Of a stretch of DNA of 64,000 bases, positions 1 through 10,324 are shown piece by piece. Source of the stretch: Hemiscyllium ocellatum (lineage: Eukaryota). The stretch lies in contig NC_083435.1 in assembly GCF_020745735.1 (NCBI RefSeq), forward strand, positions 4,503,905-4,567,904, given 5' to 3'. Position 1 is the stretch's first letter. Each line of letters opens with the position of its first letter. The notes under the pieces were generated by a model. That model was not told the origin of the DNA. It worked only from the letters and a program-made list of their open reading frames with translations, and did not search any database. The translations under genes and the position numbers were made by a program.

Positions 1-3000
1 GGAAACAGATCCAACCCATCCATACCGATTAGATATCCCAACCTTATCTAGTCCCATTTGCCATCACCCGGCCCATATCCCTCTAAACCCTCCCTATTCA
101 TATACCCATCCCATGCCTTTTAAATGTTGCAATTGCTCCAGTCTTCACCACATCCTCTGGCAGCTCATTCCATACACGCACCACCTCTGGGTGAAGATGT
201 TATCCTTTAGGACTCATTTATATATTACCCCTCTCAACTGAAACCTATGCCCTTGAGTTCTGGACTCCCCCATTCTAGGGAAAAGACTTTGCCTGGTTAC
301 GCTACTATGCCTCATCAGGATTTTATAAACAGCTATAAGATCACCCCTCAGCCTCCGACGCTCCAGGGAAAACAGCCCCAGTCTGTTCAGCCTCTCCCTA
401 TAGCTCAAACCCTCCAACCCTGGCAACATCCTTGTAAATCTTTTCTGAACCCTTTCAAGTTTCATAACATCCTTCCAATTGGAAGGAGACAAGAATTATT
501 CCAAGTATTATAAAAGTGGCCTAACCATTGTCCTGTACAGCCACAACATGACCTCCCAAGTCCTGTACTCAATACTCACCAATAAAGGAAAGCATACCAA
601 ATGCCTTCTTCACTATCCTATCTACCTGCGACTCAAAGAGCTATGAACCTGCACTCCAAGGTCTCTTTGTTCAGCAACACTCCTTAGGACCTTACCATTA
701 AGTGTTCAAGTCCTGCTAAGATTTGTTTTCCCAAAATGGAGCACTTCACATTTATTTAAATTAAACTCCATCTGCCACTTCTCAGTCAGGAGTCATCAGC
801 ATGACTGCCTGACATCAGCATGAGAAACAGTATGTGATCATAAGCAAGCAATTCTTAATTCCAGCTAACCAGTCTCCCATTGTCGAATGCCTTACTGAAG
901 TCCATATAGATCCCATCCACCGCTCTTCCCTCGTCAATCCTGTTTGTTACTTCTTCAAAAACCTCAATCAAGTTTGTGAGACATGATTTCCCACGCACAA
1001 AGTCATGTTGACTATCCATAATCAGTCCTTGCCTTTCCAACCACATATGTATGTACATCATGTCCCTCAGGATTCCCTCCAATGACTTGCCCACCACCGA
1101 GGTCAGGCTCACTGGTCTATAGTTCCTTGGCTTGTCCTTACCACCCTTCATAAACAGTGGCACCACGTTAGCCGACCTCCAGTCTTCCAGCACCTCACCT
1201 GTGACTATCGATTATATAGGTATCTCAGCAAGGGGCCCAGCAATCACTTCCCTAGCTTCCCACAGAGTTCTCGGGTACACCTGATCAGGTGCTGGGGATA
1301 TATCCACCTTTATGCGTTTGAAGACATCCAGCACTTCCTCCTCTGTAATATGGACATTTTGCAAGATGTCACCAGCTATTTCCCTTCAGTCTATATCTTC
1401 TGTGTCCTTTTCCACAGAAAATACTGATGCAAAAATACTTGTTTAGCACCCCCCCCCCCCCATTTTCTGCAACTCCACACATCAGGCCGCCTTACTGATC
1501 TTTGAGGGGCCCTATTCTCTCCCTAGTTATCCCTTTGTCCTTAATGTGTTTGTAAAAACCCTTTGGATTCTCCTTAACTCTATTTGCCAAAGTTATCTTA
1601 CATCCCTGATTTCCTTCTTAAGTATACGCCTACTGGCTTTATACTCTAAGGATTCACTCGATCTATCCTGTCTGTACCTGACATATGCTTCCTTCTTTTT
1701 CTTAATCAAACCCTCAATTTCTTTAGTCATCCAGCGTTCCCTATACTTACCAGCCTTTCCTTTCACCCTAACAGGAATATACTGTCTCTGGATTCTCGTT
1801 ATCCCATTTCTGAAGGCTTCCCATTTTCCAGCCGTCCCTTTACCTGCAAACATCTGCCCCCAATCAGCTTTTGAAAGTTCTTGCCTAATAGCATCAAAAT
1901 TAGCCTTTCTCCAATTTATAACTTCAACTTTTAGATCTGGTCTATCCTTTTCCATTATTATTTTAAATCTAATAGAATTATGGTCACTGGCTCCAAAGTG
2001 CTCCCCCACTAACACCTCAGTCACCTGCACTGCCTTATTTCCCAAGAGTAGGTCAGGTTTTGCACCTTCTCTAGCAGGTACATCCACAAACTGAACCAGA
2101 AAATTTTCTTGTAGACACTTAAATTCCTCTCCGTCCATACCCTTAACCTATGGCAGTCCCAGTCTATGTTTAGAAAGTTAAACTCCCCTACTACAACCAC
2201 CCTGTTATTCTTACAGATAGCTGAGATCTCCTGACAAATATGTTTCTCAATTTCCCTCTGACTATTAGGGGGTCTTTAATACATTCCCAATAAGGTAACC
2301 AACCCTTTCTTATTTCTCAGTTTCACCCAAATAACTTCCCTGGATGTATTTCCGGGAGTATCCTCCCTCAGCACAGCTGTAATGCTATCCCTTATCAAAA
2401 ACACCACTCCCCCTCCTCTCTTGCCTCCCTTTCTATCCTTCCTGTATCCTGGAACATTAAGCTGCCAATCCTGTCCATCCCTGAGCCATGTTTCTGTAAT
2501 TGCTATGATATCCCAGTCCCATGTTCCTAACCATGCCCTGAGTTCATCTGCCTTCCCTGTTAGGCCCTTTGCATTGAAATAAAGGCAGTTTAATTTATCA
2601 GTCAGACCTTGTTCTCTGCTTTGTCCCTGCCTGCCCTGACTGTTTGGCCCGATTATTTTCTCATCTCTTTCCTCACTATCTAAGGGTCCCAACCCCCACA
2701 CACCACCCCCCCCCCCCCCGCCCTAACTAGTTTAAATCCTCCCAAGCAGCTCCAGCAAATCTCCCTGCCAGTATATTAGTCCCCTTCCAATTTAGGTGCA
2801 ATTGTCCTTCTTGTACAGGTCACTCCTACCCCAGAACAGCTTCCAATGATCCAAAAATGTGCATCCTTCTCCCATACACCAGCACCTCAGCCATGCATTC
2901 ATCTGTTCTATCCTCCTATTCCTACCCTCACTAGGACACAGGACCGGGAGTAATCCAGATATTACTACTCTCAAAGCCCTCCTTTTTAAACTTCTGCCTA

Positions 3001-3535
3001 ACTCTCTGTATTCTCCATTCAGAATCTCAACCTTTTTCCTTCCTATGTCATTGGTTCCAATGTGTACTATGACCTCTTGCTAGCCCCTCTCCCCCTTGAG
3101 AACATTCTGCACCCTCTCTGAGACATCCTTGATCCTGGCACCAGCAACACACCATTCTGATTTTTCGCTGCTGGCCACAGAAAAATCTGTCTGTACCTCG
3201 GACTAGACAGTTCCCCAACACAATCCATCTCTTGGAACCCGACGTACCCTTAATTGCATTAGAGCCAATTTCAATACCAGAAACCTTGGCTGTTTATGCT
3301 ATATTCCCTTGAGAATTCATACCCCCTACATTTGCCAAAACAGCATACTTGTTTGAAATGGGGATAGCCACAGAAGACTCCTGCACCACCTGCCGACCTC
3401 TCCTACCTTTCCAGGCGGTAAATCATCTATGTGCAACTTTTCTCCCTTCCTGTAATTGCCAACCATCACACCCCCTTGTTCTTGTAAATTCCTCATCCAA
3501 CCATTCCACCCGTTGTGATAGGATTCTCAAAATTC
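1..3535 (-). mobile_element. CR1-clade LINE (HER1-like), degenerate: ORF1 esterase, ORF2 endonuclease and part of RT, 3' tail at window start
   Basis: Minus-strand fragments RVVISGLLPV..DHWKLFWGRSDLYKKD (2792-2974), IIAITETW (2276-2701), ASDHN (1593-2138), NYRPVSLTSVVGK..DFSKAFD (855-1193), LERVQKRFTRMLPGL (214-492). Frameshifts are present, and part of RT is deleted near 785-856. Confidence 0.92.
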
Positions 3536-3574
3536 GCAACCAATGGCATTTATTACAGATTTTTTTTTTATAAG

Positions 3575-3865
3575 ATTAGTTACAGTGTGGAAACAGGCCC
3601 TTCAGTCCAACAAGTCTACACCGACGTGCAGAAGCACAACACACCCAGACCTGTTCCACTACATTTACCTCTTCACCTAACACTGCGGGCAATTTACCAT
3701 GGCCAATTCACCTAACCTGCAGATTTTTGGATTGTGGGAGGAAACCCACGCAGACACAGGGAGAATGTGCAAACTGCACACAGAGAGTCGCCTGAGGCAG
3801 GAATTGAATCCAGGTCTCGGGCACTGTGAGGCAGCAGTGCTAACCACTGTGCCACAGTGCCGCCC
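3575..3865 (-). mobile_element. HE1-type tRNA-derived SINE
   Basis: Reverse complement begins GGGCGGCACTGTGGCACAGTGGTTAGCACTGCTGCCTCACAG and ends in a CR1-like tail (GGGCCTGTTTCCACACTGTAA); same family as 28435-28702. Confidence 0.88.
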
Positions 3866-4089
3866 ATATAATCCTCAGTAACCTGTAAACTCTACCTAAA
3901 CTCCCACAACCAACAAGAAGAGCATATCACTCTGCTAAGGGCCAGTTTTGCTTCTTCCAATCTACAGACCCAGAAAGTAGCACTGTCTTTTTCCTCTACA
4001 AAACACTGCTCCAAGCTAACTTAATACTTAAATCTCATAATTTTAAGTTTAATCAAGACACATTCCTCAATAAAACATATAATCAAGAA

Positions 4090-4260
4090 AGGGTTTTTCC
4101 AACAATTGACAATGGATTCATGGTCAGCATTTGACTCTTAAATCCAGATGTTTTTGTTGAGTTCAAATTTCACCATCTGCAAATTCAAATCTGGGTGCCC
4201 CCAGAACATTAGCTGAGTCTCAAATTAATAGTCCAGCCATAATACCATGCCATTGCCTAC
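4090..4260 (-). mobile_element. Fragment of a second SINE family
   Basis: Reverse-complement similarity to the repeat at 24145-24640 (ggactattaat..cagatggtg..aatttgaa). Confidence 0.55.
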
Positions 4261-4919
4261 GTTAGCACTGAAAACTCTGCGCTACAAACAGAATGTGAAC
4301 TGATTACCAGGAAATCCCATGTATTAGATCCAAATTTCAAAAGTCAGTATTTCAGTCTACACCATGGGTTTCAGCCCAAAGGCTACTGTTCAATTATCCC
4401 TGCACACACCCATCTTCAAATGTAATCTGAAATTATGGAAATATTCCTCCTCCTGGAAACAAGCAACTGAAAGCTGTTGACTAATGAAGTATTTGTCAAT
4501 ATTCAAACTCCAATCCCAAAATCATCTGTTTAAAATTATTACAGCAAGTAAATTAATCTATGCATAATTCTCTGTCACCACCATGAATGATCGCAATCGC
4601 AAAAAATGCTTATTTTGTCCAACCAGTTATCAAAAACCTTCAGACAAAAGACATAACTGGTTTTGTAGATTCGGTGCAGATATTAATGCTTTCAATACCC
4701 TTTTATTTGGCTGGAGTAAAATGCAAACATATAATATAAGCATCAGCTTTGGAAACTGGATAAAGCGCTATTAACATTTGTTCAAACCCACTGACTGTAT
4801 GCAGAGTTGACTGCAAACAACTGTGATGTCCCAACGTAGAAACAGACGTTCTCACCTCGTCCTTTCACTCCTACCCTCTACCACTGCTATAATCATACAC
4901 ACTATCACACCTAGCTACT

Positions 4920-5105
4920 GCTGAAAAATGTGTTGCTGGAAAAGCGCAGCAGGTCAGGCAGCATCCAAGGATCAGGAGAATCGACGTTTCGTGCATAAGC
5001 CCTTCTTCAGGATTCCTGCTCCTTGGATGCTGCCTGACCTGCTGCGCTTTTCCAGCAACACATTTTTCAGCTCTGATCTCCAGCATCTGCAGACCTCACA
5101 TTCTC
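4920..5105 (-). mobile_element. Short palindromic non-autonomous element with a minimal hammerhead core at the apex and a 14-bp TSD
   Basis: Inverted arms 4920-4982 / 5011-5071; flanked by cacacctagctact (4906-4919) and cacaccgagctact (5106-5119). Confidence 0.8.
4978..5015 (-). ncRNA. Minimal type I hammerhead ribozyme motif (family A)
   Basis: Minus strand GAATC-CTGAAGA-A-GGGC-TTAT-GCAC-GAA-ACGT-C-GATTC: core boxes, helix I GAATC/GATTC, helix II with one mismatch, GUC cleavage triplet. Confidence 0.75.
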
Positions 5106-5653
5106 CACACCGAGCTACTATCTGTCCTGGAGAAGGGTCACGGATTCGAAGTGTTAACTCTGCGTTTTCTCCAAGCTGTTGCCAGACCCTGCTGAGTTTC
5201 TCCAGCAATGTCTTTCTTGTTTCAGTCTTCAGCATCCTCAGTCCTTGGTTTCAACCTGCTGTTTAAAAAAAAGCCACATTGACTGATCTTAACTGGATGA
5301 CGTACGTTGAAAAGTGAATTTCAAGCTATTCAAATCCCGAGTCGTTAGATATTTCAAGTAGTTCAACCCTACAAAAAACTCAAGTGCAAAGTTTAATCTT
5401 CGGATCTATTTAACTTGAAATCAAGTAGAAAATCTTAGGACACAAAAATCCTGTTTAAAAATCAGCAAAGAATGTTGAAGGGTGGCTGAAAGCAAATCAT
5501 GCGGTCGAAACCTCTGATTGTCACGATGGTATCAATACGGCGAGAGGTGACTTTGGAAGCTACACCGGGAACGGGAAGAGGTGCAGAATTGGAGTGAGCT
5601 CCCGGGGAGAATGGGTGTTAACACTCGAAGGACAAGGGGCGTTTTTGTCTGAG

Positions 5654-5748
5654 GGGGCGGGACGATGAGTGGGCGGGCCAAAAGGACAGCGGCAACTGCG
5701 GCTGCGCGAGGAATGGCTCGACGGCGTCCGCTTTTCACCTACATAAAA
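5654..5748 (+). promoter_or_regulatory. Promoter of H1-like gene 1
   Basis: GC box GGGGCGGG 5654-5661, a GTCCGC element near 5725, TATA-like TACATAAAA 5740-5748. Confidence 0.6.
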
Positions 5749-5817
5749 TGGCCGCTAGCGCCGCTCCCGCTCATTGTTGCGACGCTGGTGCCGCAGCAGC
5801 TGCTGTTGGTGTCGCTT

Positions 5818-6414
5818 ATGGCGGAAGCTGTTGCCCCTGTGCAGGTGGATCACTCGTCACCGACAATGACCGCTACCCCGGTTGGCGCGCCCCTTTCCGC
5901 GACCACCGACATGGCGCCGCCTCCTCACCCCGCCGTGGCCACCAAGCGGAAAAGCGCTTACCGTCCGCAGAAAGCGGCCACCGTCGCCACGGTGGCTGAG
6001 CGCATCCTGGAGGCGGTGGCTGTCACCAAAGACCGCCAGGGTCCCGCGACTTTGGCTACAATGATGAGGAAGACCATCTCGGCCGCCAACTACGACGTGG
6101 AGGGGTGCGGCCCCCGGCCCAGCCAGTCCACCGTGAGGAAGCCGCCCAGTAAAAACCCGTCGGCGCATGCCGGGGCCCCCGGTTCCCTCCACATGGTTAA
6201 GGAGCGGGAGGTGGAGAAGAGTTCAGCCCGGAAAAAGTCCGGAGTCAGGAGGCGATCTCCGAAAAGGGCTACGGCGTCGGCCAAAATGTTGCGTCGTAGC
6301 CCCAAGGCGTCGAAAACTCTTAAAAGGCTGACGTCCAAGCCGAAGAAAAACACCGCTCGCCGGCCGGCCACAAGCAGGTCCACCGGACGGAAGCAGAGAA
6401 GGTTGAGCCAGTAG
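5818..6414 (+). CDS. Divergent Arg-enriched linker histone H1-like protein 1 (198 aa)
   Basis: TVAERILEAVAVTKDRQG..SAANYDVE matches the first half of the H1 winged helix; basic tail with RRSPK motifs; intronless; TATA upstream and histone stem-loop downstream. Confidence 0.8.
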   Translation: MAEAVAPVQVDHSSPTMTATPVGAPLSATTDMAPPPHPAVATKRKSAYRPQKAATVATVAERILEAVAVTKDRQGPATLATMMRKTISAANYDVEGCGPRPSQSTVRKPPSKNPSAHAGAPGSLHMVKEREVEKSSARKKSGVRRRSPKRATASAKMLRRSPKASKTLKRLTSKPKKNTARRPATSRSTGRKQRRLSQ

Positions 6415-6434
6415 CCCAAGGACGGACGGAGAAA

Positions 6435-6477
6435 GGCTCTTCTCAGAACCTCTTAAAACATTTCCACAAAAGAAGCT
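6435..6477 (+). terminator. Variant histone 3' stem-loop plus purine-rich HDE
   Basis: GGCTCT-TCTC-AGAACC (6435-6450, one stem mismatch) followed by AAAAGAAGCT. Confidence 0.8.
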
Positions 6478-7306
6478 AACGGACCTTAATTGCATCTAGT
6501 TATTTTAAAAAAAAGTTGTTGTTAGTGCGTTGCGACGGAATTTACTAAGCATTTACCTAGAAAACTTTTTTTGTCGTGTTGAAACTAAACGGCCATAAAA
6601 TAAAACTGCTGTTCCTTAACTTTGTTGTGGGACTTGTGTACTTTCTTCTAATCCAGTGAATGAGTTCCTCCTCCCATCGGTGCGTCAGCTACGAGGTAAC
6701 AGAAATGAGGATTAGTGATTAGACAAAGCTGGCAGTATACTTCCTTCCACAGCATCTTGATTATAATAAGACTAATGCCGAGATGAAAGTAATAAAGGTC
6801 TAGCTGTGGTTTTGATGAACACTTAGGTGTTTCCTTTGTTCCTGGTGGTGGAAATTGAATAAAGATTCGCGCACCTTGTGTCTTTCACTGTGTCGCACAC
6901 ATGGGGGCTGGGGAAAAATAAGCACTACCGCAGTTAATTAAAAAAATTAACAGAGCGTCAGATACAGCGTCACTTCACTGTGAGAGCTAGCTCTAAGGGA
7001 GCTGGATCAGAGTCAAGGACTCTCCATTGTGAGATATACGAGGTTACTGCTGCACAGGAGGTGCACAAAAGCACCTAATTTGAAATTAGAAAAAAAGGTA
7101 AAAACAAAGTGTGAAACTCAGGAAAACGTCTGGACAAAATGTTGAATGTTACCAGACCTACTTGAGTTTCCCTAATATTTACACAACGCCAGTTTATAGT
7201 CACGACAGGTTTATTTATTATTCTGGAGCACTGCTCCTTCGTCAGGTGAGGAGAAGCGCTCCGAAAGCTTGTACTTGCAAATAATCCTGTTGGACTATAA
7301 CCTGGT

Positions 7307-7308
<2 letters not shown>

Positions 7309-7383
<75 letters not shown>
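7309..7383. repeat. (TG)n microsatellite inside a degenerate family-B palindromic element (~7180-7430)
   Basis: Perfect TG run; flanks match the element at 19584-19825. Confidence 0.9.
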
Positions 7384-7386
<3 letters not shown>

Positions 7387-7665
7387 TAAAACTTAGTCCG
7401 CCCCAGTCCATCACCGGTATCTCCAAATCATGTCCAATATTTACCACATCGCTGAGCGTAGACTTCAGCGAAAGATGCGTCAAGCATTATGTTCCCTCAA
7501 AGTTAGCCGAAATTCACCGCAAGGACAACGGCGAGATTCGGCTGCCGAGACCTGCTCTCCCACTGAGTCCCGTCAAGAGCGCCATCAGAAGACGGATGAG
7601 AGGGAAGCCTCGGTGGCGCGATTTTGAATCGTTCAAGTCAAAGGTTCCGTCATGCGCCATTTCTG

Positions 7666-7787
7666 ATTGGCCCAGACCAACGAGCGAGCGAAAATCGTCA
7701 GAACGGTGATTATTTGAAAGGGAGCAATTGACCAATAGAAAAACGTCTCTCGCAGATTCCTCATTAGCATAGGCCCCCTATATAAAT
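7666..7787 (+). promoter_or_regulatory. H2B-type promoter
   Basis: Reverse CCAAT at 7666, CCAAT at 7732, octamer variant ATTAGCAT 7763-7770, TATATAAAT 7779-7787. Confidence 0.8.
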
Positions 7788-7837
7788 GTGGCAGGCGGAC
7801 AGTGTCAGTTATTCTGAGTTTGTTGTGATTGGAAGTC

Positions 7838-8224
7838 ATGCCTGAGTCGGCGGCTGCAGCAAAGAGCGCTGCGTCCCGAAAGGCATCGAAACAGTCGCTT
7901 AACAAAGTCAGCAAGAAGCCGCCCAAGAAGCGAAAGAAGACTCGCAAACAGAGCTATTCGACCTATGTGTACCGGGTGCTGACCCAGGTCCATCCTTCTA
8001 CAAGAATTTCATCTAAGGCCATGAATGTCATGAACTCGTTCGTCATCGACATCTTTGAGCGCATCGCCTCCGAGGCTTCGCACCTGATTCACTACAACAA
8101 GCGCCAGACCATATCGGCCAGAGAAATTCAGAGCGCCGTCCGCCTAATGTTACCGGGCGAGCTAGCCAAGCACGCCGTGTCTGAAGGCACAAAAGCGGTC
8201 ACCAAATACACCAGTTCCGCTTAG
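7838..8224 (+). CDS. H2B: Histone H2B, divergent variant (128 aa)
   Basis: [44 protein letters not shown]; octamer/TATA promoter; stem-loop. Confidence 0.95.
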   Translation: MPESAAAAKSAASRKASKQSLNKVSKKPPKKRKKTRKQSYSTYVYRVLTQVHPSTRISSKAMNVMNSFVIDIFERIASEASHLIHYNKRQTISAREIQSAVRLMLPGELAKHAVSEGTKAVTKYTSSA

Positions 8225-8271
8225 GTCGGCTAAACGAATGGTATCTCACTTGCAACAATACGGACATAAAA

Positions 8272-8287
8272 GGCTCTTTTAAGAGCC
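8272..8287 (+). terminator. Histone 3' stem-loop
   Basis: GGCTCTTTTAAGAGCC. Confidence 0.95.
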
Positions 8288-8988
8288 GCACACTGCTACC
8301 AACGGAGGGCTAAGATCAAAATGTTCGATAAACTTGTATCGCTTAGTTGGCTGAGACACTTTGGAAAGCTACATGAATTTATAAGTCAAACCTTTAATCA
8401 CATTGTAAAAAGTTCAGCGCAACACCGAGATAGCTCAGCTCTGTGCCGTTGCCGCCTCCTCCGAGCATTTTCTATATACACCCTAATTCATCTCCACTAA
8501 ATCTAAGTTGTAATTTGCCTTAACAGTTTCTATTGTATTACAGATGTCAAGATTGAAACGAGTAGATGCTTAAAATGTCTGCTTTTAAAAATAAATTTTA
8601 CCTTTGAATTTTTCTTTGCAGCAACTGTTGTTCTTTTGTAGAATGATAAAAATATGGAAAGACGCCACTAGCTTCCAAAGGAAGTATCCAATTAGACCTA
8701 TAGACAGCCCTTTTCTTCAGTCAGTTTTTTTTTGTCTACTTTTCAAGTCAATAACCAATCATCATTTTGAAAGTTACGATCAAACTTAGTTTAGTTGTCC
8801 TTTCACCTAGTTTTGTTCTCGAACATTAAAAAAAATTCAGACCTCTTTGCCAATTTTCTTAAAAGTCATTTTTAAATTCACTGTTTCCAAAAGGTTACAC
8901 CAGACATGTCATCTTAAAATTATCCCACGGATGATCACTTGTTCAGTTCAAATGTACACATTTTGAAATTGTCGTTTTGATAATTATA

Positions 8989-10090
8989 GAGTCATAGAGA
9001 GATACAGCACGGAAACAGACCTTTCCGTCCAACTCGTCCATGCCAACTAGATATCCCAACCCAATCTAGTCCCAGCTGCCAGCACCCAGCCCATATCCCT
9101 CCAAACCCGTCCTAAACATGTACCCATCCAAATGCCTCTTAAATATTGCAATTGTACCAGCCTCCACCACATCCACTGGCAGCTCATTCCATACATGTAC
9201 CACCCTCTGGGTGAAAACATTGACTCATAGGTCTCTTTTATATCTTTCCACTCTCACCCTAAAACTATGCTCTCTAGTTCTGGACTCCTCACCCCAGGGA
9301 AAAGACTTTGTCTATTTATCCTATGCCTCTCATGATATTATAAACCTCAATAAGGTCACCCCTCAGCCTCCTATGCTCCAGGGAAAACAGCCCTAACATA
9401 TTCAACCTCTCCCTACAGCTTAAAAACTCCAACCCTGGCAACATCCTCGTAAATCTTTTCTGAACCCTTTCAAGTTTCACAACATCTTTCCGATATGAAG
9501 GAGTCCAGAATTGCACGCAATATTCCAACAGTGGCCTAACCAATGTCCTGTACAGCCGCAACATGACCTCCCAACTCCTGTACTCAATACTCTGATCAAT
9601 AATCTACTTGCAACTCAAGGAGCTATGAACCTGCACTCCAAGGTTTCTTTGTTCAGCAACACTCCCTAGGACCTTACCATTAAGTGTATAAGTCCTGCTA
9701 AGATTTGCTTTCCCAAAATGCAGCACCTCACATTTATCTAAATTAAACTCCATCTGCCGCTTCTCAGCCCATTGGCCTATCTGGTCAAGATCCTGTTGTA
9801 ATCTGAGGTAACCTTCTTCGCTGCCCACTACACCTCCAATTTTGGTGTCATCAGCAAACCTACTAATTATACCTCTTATGTTCACATCCAAATCATTCAT
9901 GTAAATGACAAAAAGTAGAGGGCCCAGCACCGAACCTTGTGGCACTCCACTGGTCACAGGCCTCCGGTCTGAAAAACAACCCTCCACCACCACCACCCTC
10001 TGCCTTCTACCTTTGAGCCAGTTCTGTACCCAAATGGCTGTTTCTTCAATGAGATCTAATCTTGCTAATCAGTCTCCCATGGGGAACCTG
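8989..10090 (-). mobile_element. CR1/HER1 LINE 3' fragment
   Basis: GVPQGSVLGPLLF..FADD (9604-9996), LERVQKRFTR, tail atagagtcatagag. Confidence 0.92.
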
Positions 10091-10324
10091 GTCAAATGCC
10101 TTATTGAAGTCTGGACAGTTATTTTACAATGAGCACCGTAATGTTTTTATATGTACAAAATTATGTCACATATGGAATACAGCCTCCAGCTATCATGTAT
10201 GGAACCATATCTCATGGATTCTAACTCAGTTCAAAAATGCAGAACCTGCCCCAGCCCCAACCCTATACACTTTCCAAGTGGTTCATTTGATAGTCAAATG
10301 TTTGCTGGAAGCTTTACTACCAAT

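Noticed and set aside
4308-4452. Minus-strand exon-like segment with good acceptor and donor
   Set aside because: Stops in all three frames and no other support; could only be UTR or non-coding.
5665-5817. Upstream in-frame ATG giving a 249-aa H1-like protein starting MSGR
   Set aside because: Lies upstream of the TATA box (5740), so it is unlikely to be in the mRNA; 5818 has a good start context.
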